Below are positions 18,783 through 28,727 of a stretch of 64,000 nt of DNA, piece after piece. The DNA lies in contig JBFWMA010000006.1 of the NCBI GenBank assembly GCA_050251875.1, positions 64,001 to 128,000 on the forward strand, read 5' to 3'. The notes below the pieces were generated by a model that saw nothing but the letters and a program-made list of their open reading frames with translations, was not told the origin of the DNA and did no database searches. A program made the position numbers and the translations under genes. Numbering within the stretch: the first letter of the stretch is position 1; each line of letters begins with the position of its first letter. The DNA comes from Deferribacterales bacterium. GTDB taxonomy: Bacteria; Chrysiogenota; Deferribacteres; Deferribacterales; Geovibrionaceae.

Positions 18783-20082
18783 TGTTCGCCTCCCTCTCTT
18801 TTATCATCCTCAGGATGTGTCTTTTCGATGTTTTGAACCCGCTCGCCAGCGTGCGTCTGGCGGGGCATACATAGGTACAGCATCCGCACTCGATACAGTT
18901 CATGACGTGGTATTCCTCCAGCGCCTCATACATCTCACGGACGACATATCTGTCCATGGCGGATGGGACAAGAGCCATAGGACAGGCGTCCACGCATCTG
19001 CCGCAGCGGATGCACGGGGTCTGCTTGAGATCAGGCAGATCCTCCTGACGGTATACCAGTATTCCGCTTGTGCCTTTTATCACGGGGGTTTCCGTGGATG
19101 AAACGGCGAGCCCCATCATAGGTCCGCCCATAACTATCTTTCTTGGAACGCCGATGAACCCTCCGCACTCCTCTATCAGCTTTGATATAGGCGTGCCGAT
19201 GGGTACCAGCAGGTTTTTCGGGTTTCTGACGGCGCCTGTCACTGTCACCACACGCTCGAACAGCGGTTTTTTGTGCTCCACAGCGTCATACACGGCGGCG
19301 GCGGTGCCGACGTTGTGCACTATCACGCCCACCTCCAGAGGGAGCTTGCCCTCCGGAACTATCCTGTCGGTACAGGCTTTTATAAGCTGTTTTTCACCGC
19401 CCTGAGGATATTTTACATCCAGCGGAATCAGCTCGAACCCGTATTCCTGCTCCATATTTCTAAAAAGAGCGATGGAGGCGGGTTTATTCTTTTCTATAGC
19501 TATTATGAGATTTTTGATTTTCAGATTTTTCTGTATCAGGACAGCGCCCTTCACTATATCCAGCGAGCGCTCTATCATCATCCTGTGGTCGCATGTGAGA
19601 TATGGTTCGCACTCGGCGCCGTTTATCAGCAGAGTGTCCACCTCTTTCGGCGGTGACAGCTTTACATGGGAAGGAAATGACGCGCCGCCCAGACCTGTGA
19701 TGCCCGCCGCCTGAACAGCTTTCTGAAATGTTTCGGTGTCGGGGGTCGGCATGAACTCTTCGTCATCGGTTTCCGCCTCAATGGATATCCCCTCCACTCT
19801 TCCCGCCATCGGGTGAATCACGGAGGATATGCCCAGCACCTTTCCTGTGACGGAGCTGTGCACGGGGGAGCTGATGAATCCGGCAGCCTCAGCTATGAGC
19901 TCGCCTTTTTTCACCTGCTGACCTTTTGTCACGACAGCCTTTGCGGGCGCTCCTATATGCTGGGAAAGGGGGATGCTCACTATGTCGCCCGCCTTCACGG
20001 ACAAACGTTCCACAGCGCATCCGCTGGTGGCAGATTTGTTGTATTGTGGGTGGATGCCGCCTTTAAATCCGAAAAAAGGCAT
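18775..20082 (-). CDS. rnfC: Rnf complex subunit C
   Basis: QHIGAP, GLGGASFP, NGAECEPYLTCD, YPQGGEKQLI, GGPMMG and two 4Fe-4S motifs. Confidence 0.97.
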   Translation of the reverse strand: MPFFGFKGGIHPQYNKSATSGCAVERLSVKAGDIVSIPLSQHIGAPAKAVVTKGQQVKKGELIAEAAGFISSPVHSSVTGKVLGISSVIHPMAGRVEGISIEAETDDEEFMPTPDTETFQKAVQAAGITGLGGASFPSHVKLSPPKEVDTLLINGAECEPYLTCDHRMMIERSLDIVKGAVLIQKNLKIKNLIIAIEKNKPASIALFRNMEQEYGFELIPLDVKYPQGGEKQLIKACTDRIVPEGKLPLEVGVIVHNVGTAAAVYDAVEHKKPLFERVVTVTGAVRNPKNLLVPIGTPISKLIEECGGFIGVPRKIVMGGPMMGLAVSSTETPVIKGTSGILVYRQEDLPDLKQTPCIRCGRCVDACPMALVPSAMDRYVVREMYEALEEYHVMNCIECGCCTYVCPARRTLASGFKTSKRHILRMIKEREANNA

Positions 20083-20085
20083 GGT

Positions 20086-20541
20086 TTACCTTTGCTCGAA
20101 TTTTATCAGCTGAACCTTCTTCTCATAGAGCATTTCGTCTGCCAGCGGGTCGTTGTATCCCACTTCGTAAACGACTTTCTCTATGCCTGCGTTGCAGATC
20201 ATCTTGGCGCAGATGGAGCAAGGTTTCGTATTGCAGTAGAGGGTTGAGCCCTTAATGCTGATACCGTGATACGCCGCCTGAATGATGGCGTTCTGCTCCG
20301 CGTGCAGACCTCTGCATATCTCGTGGCGTTCGCCGGAGGGGACTTTCAGCTGTTCTCTTAAGCATCCTGTCACATCGCAGTGAGTGATGCCGGAGGGTAC
20401 GCCGTTGTATCCTGTGGCGAGAATATGGTGGTCTTTCACAATCACCGCCCCTACCTGCCTGCGCATGCAAGTGGAGCGTTTTTTAACCAGATTGGTCATC
20501 TCTATGAAATATTCGTCCCAGCTGGGTCTGTTCATTGTCAT
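20086..20541 (-). CDS. dCMP deaminase (ComEB-like)
   Basis: [30 protein letters not shown] and PCSIC motifs. Confidence 0.92.
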   Translation of the reverse strand: MTMNRPSWDEYFIEMTNLVKKRSTCMRRQVGAVIVKDHHILATGYNGVPSGITHCDVTGCLREQLKVPSGERHEICRGLHAEQNAIIQAAYHGISIKGSTLYCNTKPCSICAKMICNAGIEKVVYEVGYNDPLADEMLYEKKVQLIKFEQR

Positions 20542-20545
20542 GGTT

Positions 20546-20998
20546 CTACTTCCAGCTCTTTTCTGCCAGAGCGTCCAGCTTGTCTATCCTGCGCTGGTGT
20601 CTGCCGCCCTCAAACTCGGTGGTGAGGAACAGATCGACCATGTCCACAGCACGCTCTATTGTCGTGATGCGTCCGCCCACAGCCATTATGTTGGCATCGT
20701 TATGCATTCTGGACATTTTCGCCGTGTATGTGTCGAAGCACAGAGCGCAGCGGATGCCCTTGAATTTATTAGCCGCTATGGATATGCCTATGCCGGAACC
20801 GCACATGATGACAGCACAGTCGGCATCGCCGTTCAGCACAGCCTCAGCCGCTTTCGCGCCGTAATCAGGATAGTCCACGGACTCTTCAGAATCTGTTCCC
20901 AGATCCAGAACCGTGTATCCTTTAGATTGTAAGTATTGTTTTATCTGAGTCTTAAGACCGTATCCGCCGTGATCGGAGGCGAGAGCTACCTTTTTCAA
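20546..20998 (-). CDS. rpiB: Ribose-5-phosphate isomerase B
   Basis: ASDHGG, SVDYPD, CGSGIG, HNDAN and FEGGRHQRR motifs; TTG start after GAGGTG. Confidence 0.95.
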   Translation of the reverse strand: MKKVALASDHGGYGLKTQIKQYLQSKGYTVLDLGTDSEESVDYPDYGAKAAEAVLNGDADCAVIMCGSGIGISIAANKFKGIRCALCFDTYTAKMSRMHNDANIMAVGGRITTIERAVDMVDLFLTTEFEGGRHQRRIDKLDALAEKSWK

Positions 20999-21121
20999 AA
21001 TACACCTCTGCAAATCAAAAGTCGCAAAAATTATCTATAGATATAATCTATAAAGCTATCTGCATAATTTAATATTAGCATAGCCTTTTAGAATTGAAAA
21101 CGATTAATTTTAGAAAAAAGC

Positions 21122-22030
21122 CTACTCGCTTCTGGGGATGGCGAGCATCCTCTCTATGCAGGTGACGGCCTTCTTTGCCACATCTTTATCAACGGTTATC
21201 ACGTTGCTCATATTCAGAAGACACTCATAAACATCTTTCAGAGAAGTCTTTTTCATGTTCTTGCATGTGAATCCGCTGTAAGCGAACAGAAATTCCTTAT
21301 CCGGATTTTCCCTGCGCAGTCTGTATCCCACGCCCTCTTCTGTCGCTATGATGAATTTTTTGGAAGGATGTTCTTTACAGTAACCGTATATTCCGGAAGT
21401 AGAGCAGACATGATCCGCCATATCCACCACAGCGGGGGGACACTCCGGGTGAGCCACCACAACGGCATCGGGATTTTTCGCCTTCAGCTCGTTGATCTCT
21501 TTCTCCGTCACACGGTTATGAATGGGGCAGAAACCGGGGTAGAGCACGATCTCTTTGTCGGTGAACCGCTGGACATAGTGTCCGAGGTTTTTATCCGGAA
21601 CAAAGAGAATCTTGTCCGTCTGCACGCTCTTTACCACGTTCACAGCGTTGCCCGATGTGCAGCAGAGGTCGCTCTGCGCCTTTACCTCGGCGGTGGAGTT
21701 CACATAGCAGATGGTGGTGGCGCCGGGATGCTGAGCCTTGAACTCGGCGAGCTTTTCGCCTGTAATCATATCGGCCATGGGGCATCCGGCATCCATTCTG
21801 GGCAGAAGGACAGTCTTTTCCGGTGCGAGCATGTGGGCGGTCTCCGCCATGAAATGCACGCCGCAGAAAACAATGACCTTGTTCGATGTTTTCGCCGCCT
21901 CTATGGAGAGCCCCAGCGAATCACCGACTATGTCGGCAATTTCCTGAATGTCGTCTATCTGATAGTTGTGCGCCAGAATCACGGCGTCACGTTCTTTCGC
22001 CAGTCTTTTTATCTCTGCTTTGTAGTCCAT
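21122..22030 (-). CDS. nadA: Quinolinate synthase
   Basis: [34 protein letters not shown] and AHPEC motifs. Confidence 0.97.
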   Translation of the reverse strand: MDYKAEIKRLAKERDAVILAHNYQIDDIQEIADIVGDSLGLSIEAAKTSNKVIVFCGVHFMAETAHMLAPEKTVLLPRMDAGCPMADMITGEKLAEFKAQHPGATTICYVNSTAEVKAQSDLCCTSGNAVNVVKSVQTDKILFVPDKNLGHYVQRFTDKEIVLYPGFCPIHNRVTEKEINELKAKNPDAVVVAHPECPPAVVDMADHVCSTSGIYGYCKEHPSKKFIIATEEGVGYRLRRENPDKEFLFAYSGFTCKNMKKTSLKDVYECLLNMSNVITVDKDVAKKAVTCIERMLAIPRSE

Positions 22031-22031
22031 A

Positions 22032-22805
22032 TCAGTCTCCTGATGTGATTGATACCTTTGAGAAATCAACAACTTTCATTGCGCTGTCATACTCGAAAAA
22101 CAAGGCATTAAACACCATTTTACCCTTATTTTCAACCTCAAATTTCCTCGGCATTCCCGTCAGAAATCTTTCTATGGGGGCGTCTTTCGCCATTCCTATC
22201 ACAGAGTTGAGGCTTCCGCACATTCCTGTGTCGGTGAGATACAGCGTTCCCTTGGGCAATATTCTGTCGTCATTTGTCTGCACATGTGTGTGTGTGCCTG
22301 TAACCGCTCCGGCTCTGCCGTCGGCGTAAAAACCGAAGGCAGCCTTCTCGCTGGTCGCCTCGGCGTGGAAATCTACAAATACAAATCCCTCGGCGTCCTT
22401 CACAATACTGTCGAACTTCCTGAAAGGACAGTCCGAAAGCCCCATGAAAACACGTCCGATGAGGTTGATAGCTGTAAATTTCTCACCGTTTTTCTCTATT
22501 GTGATGTGACCGTTTCCGGGCACACCCTCCGGCAGATTGGCGGGGCGGATAAGATTCTCCATCTTTCTGATGCTCGTCTCCGTCTCTCTGTTGTCCCATA
22601 TATGGTTTCCGGTGGTGAGGATGTCTATATCCAGACGCATAAGCTCTTCATAGACAGCATAGGTAATGCCGAACCCTCCGGATGAGTTTTCGGCATTAGC
22701 GATGATAATATCGGGTCTGTATTTTTCACGGACAGACGGCAGAAAGGTTTGAACCGCCTTTCTGCCCGCTCTGCCGATAATGTCTCCGATGTGGAGTATT
22801 CTCAC
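22032..22805 (-). CDS. ymdB: YmdB/TIGR00282 metallophosphoesterase
   Basis: [27 protein letters not shown] and GTHTHVQT motifs; follows rny. Confidence 0.93.
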   Translation of the reverse strand: MRILHIGDIIGRAGRKAVQTFLPSVREKYRPDIIIANAENSSGGFGITYAVYEELMRLDIDILTTGNHIWDNRETETSIRKMENLIRPANLPEGVPGNGHITIEKNGEKFTAINLIGRVFMGLSDCPFRKFDSIVKDAEGFVFVDFHAEATSEKAAFGFYADGRAGAVTGTHTHVQTNDDRILPKGTLYLTDTGMCGSLNSVIGMAKDAPIERFLTGMPRKFEVENKGKMVFNALFFEYDSAMKVVDFSKVSITSGD

Positions 22806-24361
22806 TTAGCGTATCCGACCGCGCGTGACTCACGAATCACGGTCACTTTGATCTGTCCGGGATATGTGAGCTCCTCCTCGATCTGTTTGGGGATGTCTCT
22901 GGACAGAGTTATCAGTCTCTCATCGTTCACTCTTTCGGGCTCAACGATGATACGCACCTCACGTCCTGCCTGGATAGCGTAAGATTTGCTTACACCCTCA
23001 AAGCCTGAAGCGATTGTCTCGAGGTTTTCCAGACGTTTGATATAGCTCTCAAGAACCTCACGTCTGGCGCCGGGGCGTGACGCTGATATGGCATCAGCGG
23101 ACTGCACCAGAACCGCCTCGATACATTTGAACTCTTCCTCGCCGTGGTGGGAAGCGATGGCGTTGATAACTCTCCAGTCCTCTTTGTGCTTTTTAGCGAC
23201 CTCAACACCTATCTCGGTGTGTGATCCCTCAGCCTCATAGTCTATAGCTTTACCAATATCGTGCAGAAGTCCCGCGCGTTTGGCTATTTTCTCGTTCAGT
23301 CCCAGCTCAGCCGCCATGAGACCTGTGATCTTGGCAACTTCGATAGAGTGACCCAGAACGTTCTGACCGTAAGAAGTTCTGTATTTCAGACGACCCAGCA
23401 GTCTGGTGATGTCTTTGCTCACGTTGTGCAGTCCGAGGTTGAAGAGTGCTTCCTCGCCCACTTCCAGAACGTGTTTTTCCAGCTCTTCTTTCGCCTTGTT
23501 GTAAATCTCCTCGATTCTCGCCGGGTGGATACGTCCGTCAGACACCAGTCTTTCCAGAGTCATCTTGGCGATTTCTCTGCGGAAAGGATCATAGGATGAC
23601 AGGATAACCGCTTCCGGTGTGTCGTCAACGATGATGTCAACGCCTGTCACGCTCTCGAATGTTCTGATGTTTCTTCCCTCACGTCCGATGATACGTCCCT
23701 TCATCTCGTCAGAGGGCAGTGTAACCACTGTCACAGTGATCTCTGAGATGTATTCGGGGGCGCATCTCTGGATGGCTGTGGAGATAATGCTTCTGGCTTT
23801 TTTATCGGCTTCCGCTTTTGTCTCCTCTTCCATCTCGCGCAGGGTTCTGGCGGCTTCCAGCTTAGCATCGTCCACCATCTGGGCGATCAGCATCTGTTTC
23901 GCCTCTTCGCTGGTCATATTGGCTATCTTCTCTGTTTCGAAGATAATGTTCTGTTTCAGTTCATTGATGCGCTCTTTTGTGGCCTCTATCTCTTTGACTC
24001 TTCTGTCGAAATCAGCGTCTTTCTGAGCGATGGCTTCCTCTTTTTTCTCGAGAGACTCCATCTTTTTATCCACTGCCTCTTCCTTCTGGAAGATGCGCTT
24101 CTCCTGAACTTTCAGGTCATTGCGTTTTTCTTTAACTTCTCTTTCGATCTCCGCTTTGCCTTTATTAACAATATCTTTGGCTTCCAGCTTTGATTCTTTG
24201 ATAACATCGTCCGCCTCTCTTTTGGCTCTGCTCACGATGTCTTCCGCTGTTTTGTTCAGTTTTTGGTTTTCAACGTCATTTCTTTTTTTCTGCATGAACA
24301 TTCCGAAGAATGCTCCGATAACAGCTCCGGCTATCACCAGCAGGTAATAAACACTACCCAT
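22802..24361 (-). CDS. rny: Ribonuclease Y
   Basis: N-terminal TM, coiled coil, KH domain ([14 protein letters not shown]), HD domain (LLHDIGK) and SASRPGAR. Confidence 0.97.
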   Translation of the reverse strand: MGSVYYLLVIAGAVIGAFFGMFMQKKRNDVENQKLNKTAEDIVSRAKREADDVIKESKLEAKDIVNKGKAEIEREVKEKRNDLKVQEKRIFQKEEAVDKKMESLEKKEEAIAQKDADFDRRVKEIEATKERINELKQNIIFETEKIANMTSEEAKQMLIAQMVDDAKLEAARTLREMEEETKAEADKKARSIISTAIQRCAPEYISEITVTVVTLPSDEMKGRIIGREGRNIRTFESVTGVDIIVDDTPEAVILSSYDPFRREIAKMTLERLVSDGRIHPARIEEIYNKAKEELEKHVLEVGEEALFNLGLHNVSKDITRLLGRLKYRTSYGQNVLGHSIEVAKITGLMAAELGLNEKIAKRAGLLHDIGKAIDYEAEGSHTEIGVEVAKKHKEDWRVINAIASHHGEEEFKCIEAVLVQSADAISASRPGARREVLESYIKRLENLETIASGFEGVSKSYAIQAGREVRIIVEPERVNDERLITLSRDIPKQIEEELTYPGQIKVTVIRESRAVGYAK

Positions 24362-24918
24362 CAGCTGTTCCTCCTGTATATGTATTTTTCTGTAATGAGC
24401 AGTCCGCAAGGCACATCGTGGGGTTCAGCGCAGATGTCATCAACCACCTGACACTCAAATGCGAATCCGACAATGAAACCCGTTCCGCTCTGTTTCAGGA
24501 GCCTGTCATAATATCCCTTGCCGTATCCTGTCCTCACGCACTTTCTGTCGAAAGCTGTGCCGGGGACTATGGCAACGTCTATTTTTTCGATCGGGGCGCA
24601 CTGCACAGGCTCCGAAACACCGTATGCGCCCTTAACAAGAGATCCTTCCCCGCCGTATATCCCGATGCCTATATTTCCATCGGTTATTTTGGGCAGATAG
24701 ACCTTCCTGTTCATTTCATAAAGAATCTTTATCAGCTTCTGCGTTCTGACCTCAGACTTGATGGAGGCATAGCACAGAAAACTGTTAAAAGACGAAAACT
24801 CCTCAATAAATTTTCCGATTATAATATCGGAATATTTCTCTGCCGTGTAAGTATCCAGAGCGTCTCTGGCTGCCAGTCCGTTACTTCTTGCCTGAGCTTT
24901 TTCCATATTCCTTGACAC
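24361..24918 (-). CDS. 5-formyltetrahydrofolate cyclo-ligase
   Basis: [30 protein letters not shown] and EPHD motifs. Confidence 0.92.
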   Translation of the reverse strand: MSRNMEKAQARSNGLAARDALDTYTAEKYSDIIIGKFIEEFSSFNSFLCYASIKSEVRTQKLIKILYEMNRKVYLPKITDGNIGIGIYGGEGSLVKGAYGVSEPVQCAPIEKIDVAIVPGTAFDRKCVRTGYGKGYYDRLLKQSGTGFIVGFAFECQVVDDICAEPHDVPCGLLITEKYIYRRNS

Positions 24919-26113
24919 CGCTGTGGAGCTTTTTCAGCCTTTCGGCCAGCTTGCTTTCAAAACCGGCTTCCGATGGGTCGTAAAAAACCTTTCCGGTCGC
25001 TCCGTATTCCTGTTTCACGAATCCGCCGTGGTCGAACGGATACATATAGCCTTCGCCGTCTGTTCTGAGCGGCTCCGGCACGGACATAATGTTTTCTCCG
25101 ATGAATTTCTTCACCGCCCACATGGAGTTATAGCTTCTGTTGCTCTTGGGGCACGAAGCCAGAAAATTTATCACATGGGCGAGGATGATATCACCCTCCG
25201 GTCTGCCTACAGCCATAAAGTTTTCGTATGCGCTGTGGGCAAAGGTCACCGCGTCCGGATAGGCGTTGCCTATGTCCTCTGACGCGCTGATGAGAAGCCT
25301 GCGGAATATAGCCTCAGGCTCCATGCCGCTCTCCAGCAGGGTAAACCCCCACATAAGGGCGGAGTCGGGATCTGTTCCCCTGATACTCTTGATCATAGCC
25401 GAGAGCATGTTGTAGTGCTCATCGGGGTTGTATCTGCCTTTCGCTGTGTGCTCTGACGCCCCTTCTATGTTCAGATGGAGGTCATCGCCCCTGAACCTGC
25501 CGCCGATGGCGGAAAGCTCCAAAAGGCTTAAAAAACGTCTGCAGTCGCCATCACATGATGATATGAGTCTATGCAGACTTTCATCATCACAGACGACATT
25601 GACGGCATTGTACCGCTTTTTGAAATAGTCCACGGCTCTGCCGTAAAGCTCTTTCATATCTTCTTCGCCCAGTCTCCGGAGCGTAAAAACAAAGCTCCGT
25701 GAGCGCAGAGGATGGATCAGATTGTGATAGGGGTTTTCCGTGGAAGCGCCAATAAGTTTGGCGTGACCGGAATCTATCAGGTTTAAAAGCAGCACCTGCT
25801 GATTTTTGTTGAACCTGTGCAGTTCATCGAGAAAAAGCAGTATTCTGCCGGAAACCGATGCAGACTCCATTACCTGCCGGATCTCCGCTGTGCCCGCCGT
25901 TGCGGCGTGCATGCTTATGAAGGGCATCTTCAGGTGCTTTCCGATTATCTCGGCAAGAGTGGTTTTGCCTGTTCCCGGCGGACCGATCAGAATAATCGAA
26001 TCGAATCCTCCGTCCTCTACCATTCTGCGAAATACCGAATCCGCGCCCAGCAGATGCTTCTGCCCGGCTATATCGTCAAAGACCTCAGGTCTTAACTCTT
26101 CCAGTATTTTCAT
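24881..26113 (-). CDS. rarA: Replication-associated recombination protein A (RarA/MgsA AAA+ ATPase)
   Basis: LRP....IAGQKHL, GPPGTGKTT, DELHRFNK, ASTENP, SAMIKSIRG and ASEDIGNA motifs. Confidence 0.93.
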   Translation of the reverse strand: MKILEELRPEVFDDIAGQKHLLGADSVFRRMVEDGGFDSIILIGPPGTGKTTLAEIIGKHLKMPFISMHAATAGTAEIRQVMESASVSGRILLFLDELHRFNKNQQVLLLNLIDSGHAKLIGASTENPYHNLIHPLRSRSFVFTLRRLGEEDMKELYGRAVDYFKKRYNAVNVVCDDESLHRLISSCDGDCRRFLSLLELSAIGGRFRGDDLHLNIEGASEHTAKGRYNPDEHYNMLSAMIKSIRGTDPDSALMWGFTLLESGMEPEAIFRRLLISASEDIGNAYPDAVTFAHSAYENFMAVGRPEGDIILAHVINFLASCPKSNRSYNSMWAVKKFIGENIMSVPEPLRTDGEGYMYPFDHGGFVKQEYGATGKVFYDPSEAGFESKLAERLKKLHSGVKEYGKSSGKK

Positions 26114-26154
26114 CTATATATAAACCCCTAACGGGCGGTGCAATTCTAACTTTT

Positions 26155-26283
26155 GCAGAAATTTTCCGTCCTGGAAAATTTCCGATACCGCTTCGCATCG
26201 GTAAAACCTCTGCTCCGCTTACGTTACGTTCATAAAAACGGCACAGCCGTTTTTATTCTCTACACGAACCACATCCTGTGGTT
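26155..26283. repeat. Array of short perfect hairpins
   Basis: AAATTTTCC-GTCCT-GGAAAATTT, CCGAT..ATCGG, ATAAAAACGGC-ACA-GCCGTTTTTAT and AACCACA-TCC-TGTGGTT. Confidence 0.6.
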
Positions 26284-26287
26284 GTTT

Positions 26288-26433
26288 AGATTGCTTCGTC
26301 ACTTTGTTCCTCGCAATGACAGAAAAAAGGTCATTGCGAGCCGATGGAATCGGCGTGGCAATCTCATAAAAGAGATACTCTGAAACACTCTATGCTTGTG
26401 AGGTTGCTTCGTCACTACGTTCCTCGCAATGAC
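26288..26433. repeat. Cluster of three GTCATTGCGAG...GCAATCT REP-like palindromes
   Basis: Copies at 26288-26320 (-), 26330-26365 (+) and 26401-26433 (-); the same family recurs at 51161-51411. Confidence 0.85.
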
Positions 26434-26503
26434 AGTAAAACCTCAACATTATTTAACTACAATATTACCACAGCTAACAAACTGTGCAATATATATTTTT
26501 ATA

Positions 26504-26686
26504 AAAAAAGCCCCCGCATGTGCCGATACTTATAGTCCAATTGTAGCCCTGTACGTCAGGGCGGAGGAATCACGGCGCATTAGGCTTCCTACTCAAGGCA
26601 GGCTTGCACACCGCAGCCAGTATCATCCCCCTTTTCTGGAGTGTTGGCTCCAATTTTCCTATAAAACTCGAACACCGCAGGGGCTA
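26504..26686 (-). ncRNA. ssrS: 6S RNA
   Basis: About 180 nt just downstream of zapA. The 5' GCCCCTGCGGTGTTCG pairs with the 3' CGGCACATGCGGGGGC, followed by a U-run. Classic zapA-ssrS-5-FTHF ligase-rny neighbourhood. Confidence 0.88.
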
Positions 26687-26699
26687 TTCTATTAAGCTG

Positions 26700-26972
26700 T
26701 TATCTGTCTACTTTCTGCAATATATCATCCAGAATGGCATCCGCCCTGTCGGAAAGATCCTTCAGGTCGAGATACTCAGCAGTGATGCTCAATGCCGCCA
26801 TCACAGCCAGTTTCTGGGTATCCAGCACTTTCACCTTGCTCTTAATCTCGTCCATGCGACCCTGTAAAAGCTCGGTTGTCTTGCGGACAAAATCTATATC
26901 TTTGTCTGTCACCAGCGGATACTGCAATCCGTTGATGCTGACCTTGTGTTCATAGACAGGCACTTTCAGCAC
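26700..26972 (-). CDS. zapA: Cell division protein ZapA
   Basis: VSINGLQYPL ... DTQKLAVMAALSIT.E plus a C-terminal coiled coil; synteny. Confidence 0.88.
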   Translation of the reverse strand: MLKVPVYEHKVSINGLQYPLVTDKDIDFVRKTTELLQGRMDEIKSKVKVLDTQKLAVMAALSITAEYLDLKDLSDRADAILDDILQKVDR

Positions 26973-26982
26973 CCCGCTTTAT

Positions 26983-27174
26983 CTATAATCTTGAGATAAG
27001 ATTTTCAATCCTCTGCTTAACGGTTTCGTTCTTTTCCCTAAGCGAGAGGTTCTCTTCTTTCAGCTGGTTATTTTCGGTTTCCAGAAGAGACGCCTTATCC
27101 CGCTCTTTCTTGAGCTCATGCATAAGATTGTCTATCTTACTACTTAAAATATCCAGTTTTTCAAGAAGTTCCAT
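26983..27174 (-). CDS. zapB: ZapB-like short coiled-coil protein
   Basis: All-helical heptad protein (LEKLDILSSKIDNL...VKQRIENLISRL) directly upstream of zapA. Confidence 0.7.
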   Translation of the reverse strand: MELLEKLDILSSKIDNLMHELKKERDKASLLETENNQLKEENLSLREKNETVKQRIENLISRL

Positions 27175-27279
27175 GTAATCTTTATTACAATATTTATAAT
27201 CAGTTGTCAATAAATTAGAATAAAATCCTCACCCCAGATTTTAGTGGATAAATCCATTAACCGATGCTAAAATTCCTCC

Positions 27280-28722
27280 ATGAGAAACATACTATCATTT
27301 ATAATAATCCTGCTGGCAATAGGCGCCGCCGTCCTGTATTCCGTCAACCTCTACTCCGGAAAAAAAATAACCGACAGTCCCTTCATGACCATAGAGATAC
27401 AGAAAGACAAAACAGCGCCTGCCGAAACCGCTCCCGCTCCACAGACAGAAGCTGTCCCCGCACAGGAACAGCCCGCCGCTGAGACCGGGCAGACCGAAGA
27501 TATCTACTCCCGCATAGACAAAATGGAAGAAAACCTGAACACCAAGCTGGGGGCGATATCCGAATCATCAGACAAGACTGAGATTCTGGCGAGATTCGAC
27601 CAGCTTAGCAAAGAATTAGAGGCGGACGTGACACTCATCCTGTCCGCTGTGAATAAAAAAGAACAGTGGTACCGAAACGAGTTCTATCAGGTGCTGGCGG
27701 CCATCGCCGCTGTTTTCGTCCTGATGGTCTCCGTGGTGCTGATGATGTATATCAGCCTGAAAAAAATCATGCTGAAAACATCATACGCCCCCTCACGCCC
27801 CGCCGCATCCGTCACTGCCGCTTCTGAATCCTCTTCAGAGGGGCAGACAGATGACGAAAACCCCATACTGACCGCCGTGGGCAGCGTTTCTGAAAAACTG
27901 GCGGCGAAAATATCCGAAACACAATATCTCTTCGACCCGGAAAAAGCCGTTAAGCTGACATCCAAGCAGAAGAGCGAGCTGATAGAGATCACTGAAGAGA
28001 TTCTTTTTCTGGACAAAGCCGGATGCAAACCCTCTCCCGAGGAATATTATCTGCTGGCGCTGGAGAGATTCTCCGACAAGAGCTTTACAGAGGCGACAGT
28101 CCTTTTCGAGCACCTGAAGCAGAAGGACGAAACCTTCTCGCAGGCATGGTATATGACAGGATACATGGAATATACCTCCAGAAAATATGAAACAGCCTAT
28201 GAAGATCTGGCTAAGGCATGCGCCATCGACACAGACAATTTCACATATCTGACTGCGTTCGGCAACGCGTGTCTGAAACTGAAAAAATATACCGAAGCGG
28301 CGGAAGCCTTCCACAAGGCATCATCCATAAACGGAAAAGACCCCGCCGTGTGGAACAACCTCGCTCACTCCTATATATTAAGCGGAAAGGCGGAGGAAGC
28401 CGCTGAGGCATTCGCCAAAGCTGTTGAGCTGAAACCTGATTTCCACGAAGCCCTGCACAACCTCGGACTCTCATTAAGCCGTCTGAAAAAATATGATGAG
28501 GCGGTGGAAGCGTTCGAAAAAGCGGTGGCTGTCAAACCCGATAAACACGAATCCATGTATAACGCCGCATGCGTCTATGCCCTGCTGGGCAAACGTGACG
28601 GTGCTCTTTCTTACCTGAAAAAGGCGGTTGATCTTTCACCCGACTACGCTAAGAAAGCAAAACAGGACAAAGACTTCGAAAGTTTCGCCGGAGATGCGGA
28701 ATTTACAAAGATAACAGGATAA
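27280..28722 (+). CDS. Membrane-anchored tetratricopeptide-repeat protein
   Basis: Two hydrophobic segments, a Pro/Ala linker and several TPRs (AWYMTG, VWNNLA, ALHNLG, SMYNAACVYALLG). Confidence 0.85.
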   Translation: MRNILSFIIILLAIGAAVLYSVNLYSGKKITDSPFMTIEIQKDKTAPAETAPAPQTEAVPAQEQPAAETGQTEDIYSRIDKMEENLNTKLGAISESSDKTEILARFDQLSKELEADVTLILSAVNKKEQWYRNEFYQVLAAIAAVFVLMVSVVLMMYISLKKIMLKTSYAPSRPAASVTAASESSSEGQTDDENPILTAVGSVSEKLAAKISETQYLFDPEKAVKLTSKQKSELIEITEEILFLDKAGCKPSPEEYYLLALERFSDKSFTEATVLFEHLKQKDETFSQAWYMTGYMEYTSRKYETAYEDLAKACAIDTDNFTYLTAFGNACLKLKKYTEAAEAFHKASSINGKDPAVWNNLAHSYILSGKAEEAAEAFAKAVELKPDFHEALHNLGLSLSRLKKYDEAVEAFEKAVAVKPDKHESMYNAACVYALLGKRDGALSYLKKAVDLSPDYAKKAKQDKDFESFAGDAEFTKITG

Positions 28723-28727
28723 CCGCA

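Noticed and set aside
21030..21050. AT-rich palindrome TATCTATAGATA upstream of rpiB
   Set aside because: Single low-complexity palindrome with no second copy or assignable regulator.
26288..26433. Repeats of about 33 bp as a possible CRISPR array
   Set aside because: Copies alternate in orientation, differ internally and are irregularly spaced; no cas genes are present.
26153..26867. Several short plus-strand ORFs (63-88 aa)
   Set aside because: They translate REP palindromes and the antisense of 6S RNA/zapA; no independent coding evidence.
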